A stretch of DNA of 64,000 bases from NCBI RefSeq assembly GCF_003334765.1, contig NZ_QOWT01000002.1. One strand, 5' to 3'. Source of the DNA: Escherichia coli (GTDB taxonomy: Bacteria; Pseudomonadota; Gammaproteobacteria; Enterobacterales; Enterobacteriaceae). The position numbers were made by a program, and so were the translations under genes. The notes under the pieces were generated by a model. It saw only the letters and a program-made list of their open reading frames with translations. It did no database searches and had not been told where the DNA came from. Each line of letters begins with the position of its first letter. The first letter of the stretch is position 1. Shown one piece after another: positions 11,897 through 27,774 of the stretch.

Positions 11897-12973
11897 TTAC
11901 TCTTTATTAAGAAATTTTACTGCCTTATCAGGGAAATCAGTAAACAGCCCATTTACACCCGCTTTGTTATACAGAGCATCATATAACTGATTCACATCAG
12001 GAGTGTATTCAGGCAGTTTATCTGACCGCACGGTATAAGGATGCACTACCAGTTTATTCTGCTGAGCATCTTGCACCATGCCAGTGAGTTTGATATTACC
12101 CGGCTGCGATGTCTCCTCAATCAACATATGGTAATCCGGACCAATACCATCTGCATATTCCGCCACCTGTTTCATGGCACCCGGCTTAAACATCCAGTCG
12201 TAGTTGTAATTAACCCAGCTTCCATCCGGCTGTTTCTGCTGCGTTTCATTCCAGTCGGTATAGGCAATCAGCTGTACCAGATTGAGCTCCATGCCCATTT
12301 TGGGTTCCAGCTCATTCTTAATACGCTTCAGCTCATCAGCATCAAAACATTGCAAATAAACTTTATCGTCTTTACCGGTGTAACCATATTTCTTCAGCAC
12401 TTCCAGCGTTTTTGCCGCAATATCCTTCCCTTCCTGATGATGGAACCACGGCGCTTTGATTTCTGGATAAATACCGATATTTTTCCCGGTAGAGTGATTT
12501 AACCCCTGAACAAATTCAATCTCTTCTTCAAAGGTGTGCACCCGGAAGTCGGACTTACCCATTGGGAAACGCCCCGGATAAGTCTGCACTTTTTTACCGT
12601 TTTCAATATCGAAACCTTCGGTAAATTTCAACGACTTAATTTCATCCAGCGTGAAATCTATCGCGTAGTAACGACCGTCTTTGCGCGCCCGATCCGGGAA
12701 ACGATCGGCAACATCAGTAACACGATCGAGGTAATGGTCATGCAGAACAACCAGATTGTCGTCTTTGGTCATCACCAAATCCTGTTCCAGATAATCCGCT
12801 CCCTGCGCATACGCCATCGCTTTTGCTGGCAGCGTATGCTCCGGCAAATATCCACTGGCACCGCGATGGGCGATGACTATTTTTTCGTTGCTGTCCGCCG
12901 CCATTGCACTGCTTCCCATGACTATAGTGCTCATCATGATCGCCATGCTAAGGTTTTTCAGCGTCAATTTCAT
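11897..12973 (-). CDS. glpQ: periplasmic glycerophosphodiester phosphodiesterase (358 aa)
   Basis: MKLTLKNLSMAIMMSTIVMGSSAMAADSNEKIVIAHRGASGYLPEHT...; the track ORF 11897..13030 is N-terminally extended and the true ATG is at 12973. Confidence 0.94.
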   Translation of the reverse strand: MKLTLKNLSMAIMMSTIVMGSSAMAADSNEKIVIAHRGASGYLPEHTLPAKAMAYAQGADYLEQDLVMTKDDNLVVLHDHYLDRVTDVADRFPDRARKDGRYYAIDFTLDEIKSLKFTEGFDIENGKKVQTYPGRFPMGKSDFRVHTFEEEIEFVQGLNHSTGKNIGIYPEIKAPWFHHQEGKDIAAKTLEVLKKYGYTGKDDKVYLQCFDADELKRIKNELEPKMGMELNLVQLIAYTDWNETQQKQPDGSWVNYNYDWMFKPGAMKQVAEYADGIGPDYHMLIEETSQPGNIKLTGMVQDAQQNKLVVHPYTVRSDKLPEYTPDVNQLYDALYNKAGVNGLFTDFPDKAVKFLNKE

Positions 12974-12977
12974 GCCA

Positions 12978-14336
12978 TTAGCCTCCGTTGCGTTCTTGCA
13001 GTAATTGTTCATGGCGACGTTTTTCGCCAATCATCACAACAATCAACAAGATAACCGCCAGAATGCTGCCGCCAATCATTACCATAAAGCCGCCATCCCA
13101 GCCGAAGAAGTCCACGGTGTAGCCAACAATCGCGCTCGCCGCCACCGAACCGCCCAGGTAACCAAACAGCCCGGTAAAGCCCGCTGCCGTACCTGCCGCT
13201 TTTTTCGGTGCCAGTTCCAGCGCATGCAGACCGATCAGCATCACAGGACCGTAGATCAGGAAGCCGATAACAATCATACAAATCATATCGACGGTTGGGT
13301 TACCTGCCGGGTTCATCCAGTAAACGATAGTCGCGATGGTCACCAGTGTCATAAAGAAAACGCCGGTTGCCCCACGGTTGCCACGGAAGACTTTATCCGA
13401 CATCCAGCCGCACAGCAGAGTGCCCGGAATACCTGCATATTCATAAAGGAAGTAGGCCCAGGAGGATTTATCTAGCGCGAAATGCTTAACCTCTTTCAGA
13501 TAAGTCGGTGACCAGTCGAGGATGCCGTAACGCAGCAGATAAACGAACACGTTGGCGATGGCGATATACCACAGCAGTTTGTTCGGCAGTACGTACTGCA
13601 TGAAGATTTGCTTCGCCGTCAGCTCCTGTTCCGCTTTTTCGTTATAGTCGTCCGGATAATCATTTTTGTACTCTTCGATCGGCGGCAAGCCACAGGATTG
13701 CGGGGTATCGCGCATCATCGCAAAGGCGAATAATGCCACCAGAATGGCGCAGAAAGCAGGCATATAGAGCGCCGCATGCCAGTCATTGAACCAGGCCATC
13801 CCCAGCAGGAACAGCAGCGGCGGAATACCACCACCGACGTTGTGCGCACAGTTCCACACTGACACAATGCCGCCACGTTCTTTCTGCGACCACCAGTGCA
13901 CCATAGTACGACCACACGGCGGCCACCCCATCCCCTGGAACCAACCGCAGAGGAACAACAGTACAAACATCACCGCAATGCTCGACGTCGCCCATGGCAC
14001 AAAGCCCATAAACAACATCACTGCCGCCGCCAGAATCAAACCTGCGGGCAGGAAAACGCGCGGATTCGAGCGATCCGATACCGAACCCATGATGAATTTC
14101 GAAAATCCATAAGCAATCGAGATCCCCGAAAGGGCAAAACCTAAATCACCGCGTGAGAATCCCTGCTCAACCAGATAAGGCATAGCAAGCGCAAAGTTCT
14201 TACGAACCAAATAGTAAGCCGCATAGCCAAAGAATATCCCCAGGAAAATTTGCCAGCGCAATCGACGATAAGTCGGATCGATCTCCGCGGCAGGTAAGCG
14301 CGCTTTGTGTGGCGCTGGTTTAAAAATACTCAACAT
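12978..14336 (-). CDS. glpT: glycerol-3-phosphate:phosphate antiporter, MFS (452 aa)
   Basis: Track ORF 12978..14336; full-length match to GlpT ([48 protein letters not shown]...). Confidence 0.96.
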
Positions 14337-14608
14337 TGATAGCCTCCGTGGCCCGTGGTCTTATTTATGATTAACAGCCTGATTCAGTGAGAGAACCTGC
14401 CGTTTCTTGAGTTGCCGCGATGTTAAGAAAACATTCATAAATTAAATGTGAATTGCCGCACACATTATTAAATAAGATTTACAAAATGTTCAAAATGACG
14501 CATGAAATCACGTTTCACTTTCGAATTATGAGCGAATATGCGCGAAATCAAACAATTCATGTTTTTACTATGGCTAAATGGTAAAAAACGAACTTCAGAG
14601 GGATAACA
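14337..14608. promoter_or_regulatory. divergent glpTQ / glpACB control region with CRP-like site and GlpR-operator-like repeats
   Basis: CRP-like TGTGAattgccgCACA at 14447..14464; repeated CGAA-containing half-sites (tttcgaattatgagcgaatatgcgcgaaat) resembling GlpR operators; AT-rich. Confidence 0.6.
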
Positions 14609-18673
<4,065 letters not shown>

Positions 18674-18686
18674 ACTCCTTTCTGAT

Positions 18687-18718
18687 GCCCGGTAAGCATG
18701 TGGTTACCGGGCATTTTT
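18687..18718 (+). terminator. rho-independent terminator of glpABC
   Basis: gcccggtaa-gcatgtgg-ttaccgggc followed by ATTTTT, 14 bp after the glpC stop. Confidence 0.85.
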
Positions 18719-18865
18719 GCGTACACGATTCCGTGCCCAATGTATGCGTTGCAACGCAGTGAAAATTCCTCTGAAAACGTCTCGCAAAGGCTGAAACTGG
18801 CAGATGTCAAAGGCCTGGGATAACCGTAATGTCGCGTCATCATAAATATCAGGTGACGGACAACC

Positions 18866-19765
18866 ATGACCGAATCAACAACCTCCTCCCCGCATGATGC
18901 GGTATTTAAAACCTTTATGTTCACACCCGAAACCGCACGGGATTTTCTCGAAATACATTTACCAGAACCACTGCGCAAGCTTTGCAACCTGCAAACCTTA
19001 CGCCTGGAACCCACTAGTTTTATTGAAAAAAGTTTACGCGCTTACTACTCGGATGTTTTGTGGTCCGTGGAAACCAGCGACGGTGACGGCTATATCTACT
19101 GCGTGATTGAACATCAAAGCTCTGCAGAAAAGAATATGGCTTTTCGGCTAATGCGCTATGCCACTGCCGCCATGCAGCGTCACCTGGACAAAGGCTATGA
19201 CAGAGTCCCGCTGGTGGTGCCGTTGCTGTTTTATCATGGCGAAACCTCGCCTTACCCGTACTCACTCAACTGGCTGGATGAGTTTGACGATCCGCAACTT
19301 GCCCGGCAGTTGTACACCGAAGCTTTTCCGTTGGTGGATATCACCATCGTACCTGACGATGAGATCATGCAACATCGGCGTATAGCTCTGCTGGAACTGA
19401 TTCAAAAGCATATTCGCGACCGCGATTTAATCGGCATGGTCGACAGGATCACCACGCTTTTGGTTAGAGGCTTCACTAATGACAGCCAGCTACAAACACT
19501 GTTTAATTATCTGCTGCAATGCGGCGATACCTCCCGTTTCACCCGTTTTATTGAGGAGATTGCCGAACGTTCACCACTACAAAAGGAGAGATTAATGACT
19601 ATTGCTGAACGGCTACGGCAGGAAGGGCATCAAATTGGCTGGCAGGAAGGTATGCATGAACAAGCCATTAAAATTGCTTTGCGCATGCTGGAGCAGGGCT
19701 TTGAACGTGAGATTGTGCTGGCGACAACCCAACTCACTGATGCTGATATTCCGAACTGTCATTAA
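18866..19765 (+). CDS. rpnE: Rpn-family (YhgA-like, PD-(D/E)xK) recombination-promoting nuclease (299 aa)
   Basis: Track ORF 18866..19765; N-terminal nuclease-like core (..[13 protein letters not shown]..) and a C-terminal tail that is duplicated as ypaA. Confidence 0.88.
   Translation: MTESTTSSPHDAVFKTFMFTPETARDFLEIHLPEPLRKLCNLQTLRLEPTSFIEKSLRAYYSDVLWSVETSDGDGYIYCVIEHQSSAEKNMAFRLMRYATAAMQRHLDKGYDRVPLVVPLLFYHGETSPYPYSLNWLDEFDDPQLARQLYTEAFPLVDITIVPDDEIMQHRRIALLELIQKHIRDRDLIGMVDRITTLLVRGFTNDSQLQTLFNYLLQCGDTSRFTRFIEEIAERSPLQKERLMTIAERLRQEGHQIGWQEGMHEQAIKIALRMLEQGFEREIVLATTQLTDADIPNCH
19595..19765 (+). CDS. candidate internal in-frame small protein from the rpnE tail (56 aa, RpnS-like)
   Basis: In-frame ATG at 19595 preceded by AAAAGGAGAG (19581..19590); the same SD+ATG+ORF is duplicated as ypaA 183 bp downstream. 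Confidence 0.5.
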   Translation: MTIAERLRQEGHQIGWQEGMHEQAIKIALRMLEQGFEREIVLATTQLTDADIPNCH

Positions 19766-19777
19766 AAGGAGAGATTA

Positions 19778-19963
19778 ATGACTATTGCTGAACGGCTGCG
19801 GCAGGAAGGACATCAAATTGGCTGGCAGGAAGGTAAATTAGAAGGTTTGCATGAACAAGCCATTAAAATTGCTTTGCGCATGCTGGAACAGGGCTTTGAT
19901 CGTGACCAGGTGCTCGCGGCCACCCAGCTAAGCGAAGCCGATCTGGCAGCGAATAACCACTAA
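19778..19963 (+). CDS. ypaA: small protein, free-standing diverged copy of the RpnE C-terminal tail (61 aa)
   Basis: Track ORF 19778..19963, [61 protein letters not shown]; identical SD and first 19 codons to the internal rpnE segment. Confidence 0.8.
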   Translation: MTIAERLRQEGHQIGWQEGKLEGLHEQAIKIALRMLEQGFDRDQVLAATQLSEADLAANNH

Positions 19964-19970
19964 TTAACAC

Positions 19971-19997
19971 AGGCCCACAGCCGATCCCCATGGGCCT
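19971..19997. terminator. hairpin between convergent ypaA and rhmA (possible bidirectional terminator)
   Basis: aggccca-cagccgatcccca-tgggcct inverted repeat; weak T-run, so the terminator role is tentative. Confidence 0.4.
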
Positions 19998-20003
19998 TTG
20001 ATA

Positions 20004-20807
20004 TCAATAACTACCTTTTATGCGTGGCCCATTTTTGCCTGATTTAAACATCGCCAGTCGTTGATCCAGGGCATCGCTGTAGAGCATCGTGTCAACGCCA
20101 ACAGCGACAAAGTTCGCTCCCCACGCCAGGCATTGCTGCGCCATATCAGGAGCCACAGCCAGAAAACCAGCCGCTTTACCCGCAGCACGGATCCGCCGAA
20201 TACTGGTTTCAATAATTCGCTGCACTTCCGGGTGCCCGGCGTTATCCGGGTAGCCCAACGACGCAGAAAGATCCGCAGGTCCAATAAACACGCCATCAAT
20301 CCCTTCGACGTCGAGGATTTCGTCCAGGTTATCCAGTGCCGTTTTACTTTCCACCTGCACCAACAGACAAAGCGAATCGTTAACTTGCGCCATGTAATTC
20401 TCAATGCGTCCCCAGCGCGCAGCCCGTGCCACACTGGCCCCGACACCACGCTCACCGTAGGGAGGATAGCGCGTGGCAGACACCACCTGACGTGCCTGTT
20501 CGGCAGTATCGACCATCGGGATCAGTAGAGTTTGCGCGCCAATATCCAGGACTTGTTTAATCAGCGGTTTACTGCCTTCCACCGGACGGATCACGGGTTG
20601 GCTGGCATAGGGCGCTACCGCCTGTAGCTGATGATAAAGATCCTGAATGGTGTTTGGCGCGTGCTCCCCGTCAATCAGCAACCAGTCATAACCAGAAGTG
20701 GCGGCAATTTCTGCCATATAGGCAGTCGTTGAGCTTAACCACAGACCAATTTGCACTTCGCCCTTGCGTAAACGTTCTTTAAAGGGATTGCTTAATAATG
20801 CGTTCAT
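20004..20807 (-). CDS. rhmA: 2-keto-3-deoxy-L-rhamnonate aldolase (267 aa)
   Basis: [52 protein letters not shown]... (HpcH/HpaI aldolase family); ATG at 20807. The track ORF 20004..21110 is over-extended into rhmT. Confidence 0.92.
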
Positions 20808-20824
20808 CGTGTTCCTTAACCTAT

Positions 20825-22114
20825 TTAATGATGTGCCACGTCGGTCTGCGCAACAGTGCGATTTACACGCAGAGTGAAAATAATCAGCGAACCGATGACC
20901 GCCACCGCTGCCAGCGTCAGTAATCCCGCCGCATCGCTGGCAAATAACGTTTCTGCTTTCACGCGCAGGATCGGGGCAATAAACCCGCCCACTGCACCAA
21001 ACAGGTTTACAAAACCAATTCCCGCAGCCAGCGCCGTACCGGAAAGCAGTTGTGTCGGCATCGTCCAGAACACTGGCTGCACGGCAATAAACCCGATAGC
21101 TGCAACACACAGCGCTACGATCGCCATTACTGGAGAAAGCAGCCCGGACAGACCAATACCAATGCCCGCCGCCAGTAATGTCAGCGCTGCGACATTACGC
21201 CGTTCGCCGGTTTTATCGGAATAGCGCGGAATAAGCCAGGTCCCAAACAAGGCCGCAACCCACGGAATGGCGGTGACCACCGACGCTGTAAAGCCCACTT
21301 TTGTTCCCAGCAATGCCGCAACCTGGGTCGGCAGGAAGAAAATTAATCCGTAAACCGCCACCTGAATGGTCAGGTAGATAATCGCTAGTTGCCAGACTCG
21401 GCCATTACGCAGCGCATCGCTCAGCCGAGAAGTCACTTTCTGTTGTTCTTCACTTGCCAGTTGATTGATAAGCAACGTTTTTTCTTGTTTACTCAGAAAA
21501 CGTGCCTGCTCCGGTGTGTCATCAAGCCAAAAGAATGTGAATACCCCAGCACCGACTGCCAACAATCCTTCAATCACAAACATCCAGAACCAGCCGGGAT
21601 GCCCCATAAATCCATGCATCTCCAACAGCGCGCCGGAAAGCGGTGATCCCAGTGTTAACGCCAGCGGTGCGCCCATATAGAACAGCCCCATAATGCTGGC
21701 GCGATTACGCTGCGGAAACCATTGCGAGGTGAGATAAATCATACCAGGGAAAAATCCGGCCTCCGCAGCACCAAGCAGAGTGCGAACTATCAGAAATTTC
21801 GCTTCAGTATCGGCCCATGCCATGGCTGCCGAAAGAAATCCCCACAGCAGTGTTGTCGTACCAATCCAGGTTCTGGCCCCCAGTTTGCGCATCAAAAGAT
21901 TCGCCGGAACACCCAGAAACGCATATACCACAAAGAAAATGCCTGCTCCCAGCGCATAAGCTTCATTACTCAACCCGGTATCAATCTGGTAGGTCTGTTT
22001 GGCAAAACCGATATTCGAACGGTCGAGAAACGCCAGCACATACAGCGCCAACATAAACGGAATTAAACGCACACGGTTTTTCTTCACCACGGCGTCAAGC
22101 AAAGCGGTGCTCAT
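20825..22114 (-). CDS. rhmT: MFS transporter, putative L-rhamnonate importer (429 aa)
   Basis: [40 protein letters not shown]...; ATG at 22114 preceded by AAGGAG; 12-TM MFS pattern. Confidence 0.9.
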
Positions 22115-22170
22115 AAAAAGCTCCTTAGAATATGTGGGCGTTACCGTTGTCACAGCAACGCCCGGAGTGA

Positions 22171-23376
22171 TTAGTGGCTGTAGGGGCGTTTCAAATTGCA
22201 GTCACGATTGAGTTCGACGCCAAAACCGGGTTTATCAAGCACTGATTTATGAATACGACCATTCACCGGAACCGGCTCATTGAGCAGAATCGGGTCAAAC
22301 TGCGGACGCATCGTTGAACAATCCGGGCTGGTCATCAGGAATTCGCTGAATGGCGTATTGGTGAAGGTGATCACCGCATGGTGAGAGTAAACAGACGAAC
22401 CGTGCGGCACCACCAGTTGCCCCCTGGATTTGGCGATTGCGGCAATTTCCACCAGCGTGGTTAAACCACCGCACCAGCCAACATCCGGCTGCATAATGTC
22501 GATACCGGTTTCTGAAAGCGTACGAAAAGATTGCAGTGTGCCGTGGTGCTCACCGCTGGTGACCATCATTCCGACTGGCGCGTTGCGTTTCAGTTCGCGA
22601 TAACTTTCATACTGCTGTGGCGGCAGGCACTCTTCGATCCATTTCAGGTTATAGGGCGCGCAAGCGTGGGCCAGTTTGGTCGCATAGTTCACGTCCTGAC
22701 TCATCCAGCAGTCGAGCATTAACCAGAAATCCTCACCGCATTTTTCACGCATATCCGCGACCATAGCGGCATCTTTGCGGATCCCCGCATCGCCATCATG
22801 TGGCCCCCAGTGCGTCGGCATTTTGCCACCGATAAAGCCCATCTCTTTTGCCAGATCCGGACGCGCACCTGTGGCGTAGAACTGAATCTCATCACGAACA
22901 GCGCCGCCTAAAAGTTTATAAACCGGAAGCCCGACCACTTTGCCGAACAGATCCCACAGAGCCAGATCGACACAAGAAATCGTATTCATCACCAGGCCAC
23001 CAGAGCCGGAGTAATACAGGGTGGCACTGAGCATTTGATCGTGGATCAGTTTGATATCACTGACACATTTACCCTCAATGAAACGGTTAAGATGTTTTTC
23101 GACAATAAAACAGCCCATTTCACCGGCTGTCGAAACGGCGAATCCGGTCTGGCCGTTTTCTGCTTCGACTTCAACAACCAACGTGCCAAGAACGTTAATG
23201 CCAAATGACTGGCGTGACTGCTCGTAATCGCGGTATTTACTCATCGGGGTGGCAATATGATCGTCTATCCAGTGATTCGCCCCCTGGTCGTGATAATCAC
23301 CGCCGCCAGCGCCTTTTTCTGCTGTCGCACCGCCAGTAAACCAGGCGCGAACCTGTTTAATTTTTGGTAGGGTCAT
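22171..23376 (-). CDS. rhmD: L-rhamnonate dehydratase, enolase superfamily (401 aa)
   Basis: [36 protein letters not shown]...; start chosen at the ATG with a GGAG 8 nt upstream (23376); the track ORF offers an alternative start 12 nt further upstream (23388). Confidence 0.9.
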
Positions 23377-23390
23377 GATGTTCTCCATTG

Positions 23391-24173
23391 TTATGAGGCT
23401 TGTAAGTCAAAGGGACTTTTCCATCCCAACAGACGTGAAATATCCCTGGCGCAGGCAATGGCCTTGCCCGCCAGATAATCACGGTATTCTTCATTGATTT
23501 GTAAGCGGGTACCGACCACCGAGATCGCAGCGGTAAGCTCGTTATTGGCGTTAAACACCGGCGCAGCGACACAACGGACATCGGCGTAATCTTCGCCGTT
23601 GTCATAGCTCCAGCCCTGACGGCGAATACGCGCCAGTTCTTCGTGAAGTTGCTGTGGATGAGTAATCGTTGTGGGTGTCGCCTGCTCCCAGACCAGCCCT
23701 TCGATAATACTTTGCTGTACCGCTGCAGGTTGCCAGGCAAGCAGGCATTTACCTATTCCGGAGCGATAAAGCGAAAGGCTTTTTCCTTCATGGGAACGCA
23801 CGCTGATAGTGGCTGATGACTCCACTTTCAAAATGTAATAAGCGCTGCCGTTATCAATAATCCCCAGGTGACATAACAGCCCGGTGGTATCCATCAGTTG
23901 CGTCAAACGCGGTCGAGCCAGTTCCCGGAGATCCATCTTGCTTAACGCATGACCGGAAAGCTCCACCAGCCTGGTCCACAAACAAAAATTTTCCTGGTGA
24001 TCAAGGCTAAGAAAACGCTGACGCCTGAGTTCATTAAGCAGCAAATAGGCCGTGCTTTTAGGGATTCCCAATGTGTCAATGATCGTCGCAGCACTACAGG
24101 GGCCAATGCGGGCAATCAAATTGAGAATATCAATAGCCCGTGTCAGGGCGGGAACTTTGCTTGATTCCAACAT
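23391..24173 (-). CDS. rhmR: IclR-family transcriptional regulator of the rhm operon (260 aa)
   Basis: Track ORF 23391..24173; N-terminal HTH ([26 protein letters not shown]) plus IclR effector domain. Confidence 0.9.
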
Positions 24174-24392
24174 ACTGGACTCCAGTCTTAGATACTGGAA
24201 TCAGTCTCGTTGCTCAGGGGGAGTAAAATTGTGAAGCGCATCAAATCCCGCTCCTCGTCCAGCAGACTGGAGAAATTACGCACAAATTTGTGAATCAGCG
24301 CACGGATTTTTTCTTATTGAGTACAACAGGTTGGACAAATTTTGCCGGAGGGGGAATGTGCCGGTGCAGTAAACCGGCACAGAGTGGCGGAA

Positions 24393-25595
24393 TCAGACAG
24401 ATAAGGTCATGGACTCAACAACCTCAATCCAGCCATGCTCACTGGCGATATCCTGGCCGTTTAACCAACGGCGCAGCATATTCAGTGCCATCATTGCGCA
24501 CACTTCCTGACGGATAGCCAGGCTGTAGCGCGTAGTGCTGAAACGCACACGCAGAGCGAAAGTGCCGTCTGGCGTGGCTAGCGCAAAGTTGAGATGCTCG
24601 TTCTCGAAACCCGAAACAGCCAGTGCCAGCCCGGCAAAATGGTTGGCCCGCCGTTCTGTAATCCAGTGCGCAGTTTGCGCCAGGGTTTCCTCCTGTGAAG
24701 GAACCACTTCACACGCCAGCAATGGAGCACCTGCGCGAGAAAGTTGCAAAGCCAATAAACCACCGGTGAATTGCTCGCTCAACGTCAGGCTGAACTGGCG
24801 GTTTTGCAATTCGCGACTGATCTGCGCGGGCAGTCCTTCAGTGCCTTCGAAAATCACGCTCTGTCCGGCAACACGTTTAACATCCAGCCACAGTTTTTCC
24901 ATCGCCTGTTGCTCGCTTGCCGGTCCGGTGAGTTTCAGTTCGATGATAGGCATTGAGGAGCGATAGCCCATTGTTACGCCCGGCGGCAGTTGTAGAGTGT
25001 CCAGGCTTTGTGCCAGATCGCTTTCCGAACGACCAAAAGTAGTCAAACGCAGACAAACCGGCGGCTGCGGTAAAGAAAAACGCTCGCGCAGGCGCGGCAG
25101 GATTTCGTGCTCGACCATCACCTTAAATTCTGACGGTACGCCGGGAGTAAAGAACATCAGGCAACGATTAAGCTGCACGGCAAAACCACAGGCGGTGCCT
25201 ACCGGGTTATTGATAAATTCAGCACTGGCAGGCAGCTCCGCTTGTTTACGGTTGCTCGGTGCCATTACTCGTCCACGTTCGTGGAAATAGCGTTCCATCT
25301 CTTTGAGCCAGGCTTCATGCAGCACCAGGCCTTCACCTTTTGCTGTCGCAGCGGCGAGTGCGCTTAAATCATCGCTGGTCGGTCCCAGCCCGCCGTTAAC
25401 GATCAGCACATCGGCGTGCTGACTACGTTCGCGAAGAATGGTGACTAAGTCATCAAGGTTATCCCCCACCGTATTGCGGCGAGATAATGGCAACCCCTGA
25501 TGAAAGAAAAAATCGGCCAGCCAGGCAGCGTTAGTGTCAACGATTTGCCCGTGTAACACTTCATCCCCGGTGGATAACATTTCCACTTTTAACAT
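24393..25595 (-). CDS. yfaY: CinA-like protein with MoCF-binding-type N-terminal domain (400 aa)
   Basis: Track ORF 24393..25595; MLKVEMLSTGDEVLHGQIVDTNAAWLADFF... matches YfaY/CinA family. Confidence 0.88.
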   Translation of the reverse strand: MLKVEMLSTGDEVLHGQIVDTNAAWLADFFFHQGLPLSRRNTVGDNLDDLVTILRERSQHADVLIVNGGLGPTSDDLSALAAATAKGEGLVLHEAWLKEMERYFHERGRVMAPSNRKQAELPASAEFINNPVGTACGFAVQLNRCLMFFTPGVPSEFKVMVEHEILPRLRERFSLPQPPVCLRLTTFGRSESDLAQSLDTLQLPPGVTMGYRSSMPIIELKLTGPASEQQAMEKLWLDVKRVAGQSVIFEGTEGLPAQISRELQNRQFSLTLSEQFTGGLLALQLSRAGAPLLACEVVPSQEETLAQTAHWITERRANHFAGLALAVSGFENEHLNFALATPDGTFALRVRFSTTRYSLAIRQEVCAMMALNMLRRWLNGQDIASEHGWIEVVESMTLSV

Positions 25596-25665
25596 GGTTA
25601 TCTCCTGCTTTTGTTATCGAATCACTATAACGCAAAGGGAGATAAGGCGTAGTAAGAAACTGAAT

Positions 25666-25686
25666 GGCGCGACAGAATGCCGCGCC
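25666..25686 (-). terminator. hairpin just downstream of yfaZ
   Basis: ggcgcg-acagaatgc-cgcgcc GC-rich inverted repeat 9 bp past the yfaZ stop; T-rich-ish tail on the minus strand. Confidence 0.4.
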
Positions 25687-25694
25687 GGAAGGGA

Positions 25695-26237
25695 TCAGAA
25701 ACTGGCGTTAACCCCAACATACGGGCCGTCAGCCACGGCGTTGTCGCGGTTACCGTCTTTACCCGACAGATTCAGGTAGCGATAACCCGCCTCAATACTG
25801 ACTGGACGCATAATGGTGTAACGCGCGCCAGCATTCGCTTCTTCATAACTTTGAATACCGCTGGAGAGCGAATCCGGAGAGTAGTAATACTCGCCAAACA
25901 AACGGAAGCTGTTGCCAATTTTCCACTGCAAACCACCTCCTACCGCTGCGGCATAACCTTCATCGCCGTAATTCGGGTTGGTGTAAACGCCTTTTCCGCC
26001 AACGGTCGCCATTAACGGCCCGAGAGGCAGATTCAACCCCAGCCCCACGCCAGCGACATCACCGTCGTCGTCGTTATGTGTCCAGTTACCGCTTAACGCC
26101 AGGCCCGTCGTTTCAGTCCCAAAACCGACACCAATATTGGTGTATTCTTTACCCGCCTGACCGCTGATGCTCATTGCATTGACCGATGCAGAAACCAACA
26201 GCATTCCGGCCAGACCTGCTAGCGCAATTTTTTTCAT
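25695..26237 (-). CDS. yfaZ: small outer-membrane beta-barrel protein (180 aa)
   Basis: MKKIALAGLAGMLLVSASVNA signal peptide, C-terminal aromatic residue (..VGVNASF); start set at 26237 to give the 180-aa product. Confidence 0.85.
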   Translation of the reverse strand: MKKIALAGLAGMLLVSASVNAMSISGQAGKEYTNIGVGFGTETTGLALSGNWTHNDDDGDVAGVGLGLNLPLGPLMATVGGKGVYTNPNYGDEGYAAAVGGGLQWKIGNSFRLFGEYYYSPDSLSSGIQSYEEANAGARYTIMRPVSIEAGYRYLNLSGKDGNRDNAVADGPYVGVNASF

Positions 26238-26515
26238 TATCCCCTTTCCCACAAGCAATTAATCAAAATTCCCAAAGCTGCGGGATTGTACTGCCTGGCA
26301 CAGAGGATTCAATGAGCGAAAAAAAGGATCTAGTCACTTATTGTAACTAAATACTTCTTAAATAATTAAATGCCGAAAAAATAAACACACTTTATCGATA
26401 CACACAAAAATAATAATAAGTACAGTTATCATCGCAAAAGAGATTACTGTCACTTTCACATATTTGTGAGTTACCGTATTCTCATGGTTTCTTTTTATTT
26501 ATAAGGAATATCCCT

Positions 26516-26941
26516 GTGCGACAACGGACTATTGTATGCCCTTTGATTCAAAATGATGGTGCTTATTTGCTGTGTAAAATGGCCGACGATCGCGGCGTTT
26601 TCCCCGGTCAATGGGCGATTTCGGGTGGCGGCGTGGAGCCTGGCGAACGAATTGAAGAGGCACTACGCCGCGAAATTCGCGAAGAACTGGGAGAACAGCT
26701 GCTTTTGACAGAAATCACGCCGTGGACCTTCAGCGATGATATTCGCACCAAGACGTATGCAGATGGTCGCAAGGAAGAGATTTATATGATTTACCTGATT
26801 TTTGACTGCGTTTCTGCCAACCGAGAAGTGAAAATAAACGAAGAGTTTCAGGACTACGCGTGGGTAAAACCTGAAGATCTGGTGCATTATGATTTGAATG
26901 TCGCCACCCGAAAAACGTTACGTTTGAAAGGTCTTCTGTAA
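26516..26941 (+). CDS. nudI: Nudix nucleoside triphosphatase (141 aa)
   Basis: Track ORF 26516..26941; Nudix box [24 protein letters not shown]. Confidence 0.92.
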
Positions 26942-26979
26942 CAATGATGACAGCCATTACTGGCTGTCAGATTGAAAAT

Positions 26980-27582
26980 TTAGTGGTTAACGAATTCCCC
27001 ATCCAGATAAACTTTGCCTTTTTCCACATGCATGACTAAACCATCCAGATAATCAGGTTTAAATGTCGCGTCACGCTTATCTTTAGCAATATATGTCAGG
27101 CAATGATTATGGGTGAAAATAACGATATTTTTATCAGGCGCTTTGCTTTGTAAGTCCTTAATTGCACTATAAATCTCATTACCGCACTGAAGAAGTCGTT
27201 TATCTACCGTCAATTTTTTACCCGCTGAAAACCAGGTAGCCGACTGAATGGTCCGGACGGTATTACTGGAATAAAGATCGAAATCAGGGATATCAGCACT
27301 AAAAGCGTTGCCCAGTTCACGGGCATCCTGGGTACCTTTAACCGTAATACCTGTTTTATCTGACAAGCATTGATTGGTTGAACGGTCGCAACGTTCAGCA
27401 TGACGAAACAAAACGACAACCGGGTGCTGCTGTGCCAGTCTGGCCAGTGTTTTATTGTCGATACGTGGCAAACCATTGCTACTCCAGGCGGCATGAGTAC
27501 CCAGTCCGGCAATTGCAGCGAGCGCCAGTAAAATGATGATATATTTTTTTGACTTCAACGAAGAGCGGCAAAAAGCTAACAC
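26980..27582 (-). CDS. ais: LPS core heptose(II)-phosphate phosphatase, aluminium-inducible (200 aa)
   Basis: (M)[30 protein letters not shown]...; histidine-phosphatase RHAER motif; initiation read at GTG 27582..27580 (the track ORF 26980..27609 begins at an upstream TTG). Confidence 0.85.
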   Translation of the reverse strand: MLAFCRSSLKSKKYIIILLALAAIAGLGTHAAWSSNGLPRIDNKTLARLAQQHPVVVLFRHAERCDRSTNQCLSDKTGITVKGTQDARELGNAFSADIPDFDLYSSNTVRTIQSATWFSAGKKLTVDKRLLQCGNEIYSAIKDLQSKAPDKNIVIFTHNHCLTYIAKDKRDATFKPDYLDGLVMHVEKGKVYLDGEFVNH

Positions 27583-27774
27583 GTAAACTCCACCTATAGA
27601 CAAGCGCAACCAGACAATTACCGTGAAATTGAGCTACATTTCTGGCGATAATTCGCAGTTGGTGTAATATTAAAAATCCTACGATGTCGGCAAAATGCCT
27701 CAAAATTTTGCCAAATGCAAAGCCTAAATAAGAAAAAATATAAAAATTTCAATATTTACGTCTAATATTAGTTT

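Noticed and set aside
18866-19963. rpnE/ypaA as a transposon or IS element (Rpn proteins are transposase-like)
   Set aside because: No terminal inverted repeats or target-site duplication flank the locus; I treat it as a domesticated nuclease gene rather than a mobile element.
21389-22066. Several 70-120-aa + strand ORFs
   Set aside because: All antisense within rhmT; no independent support.
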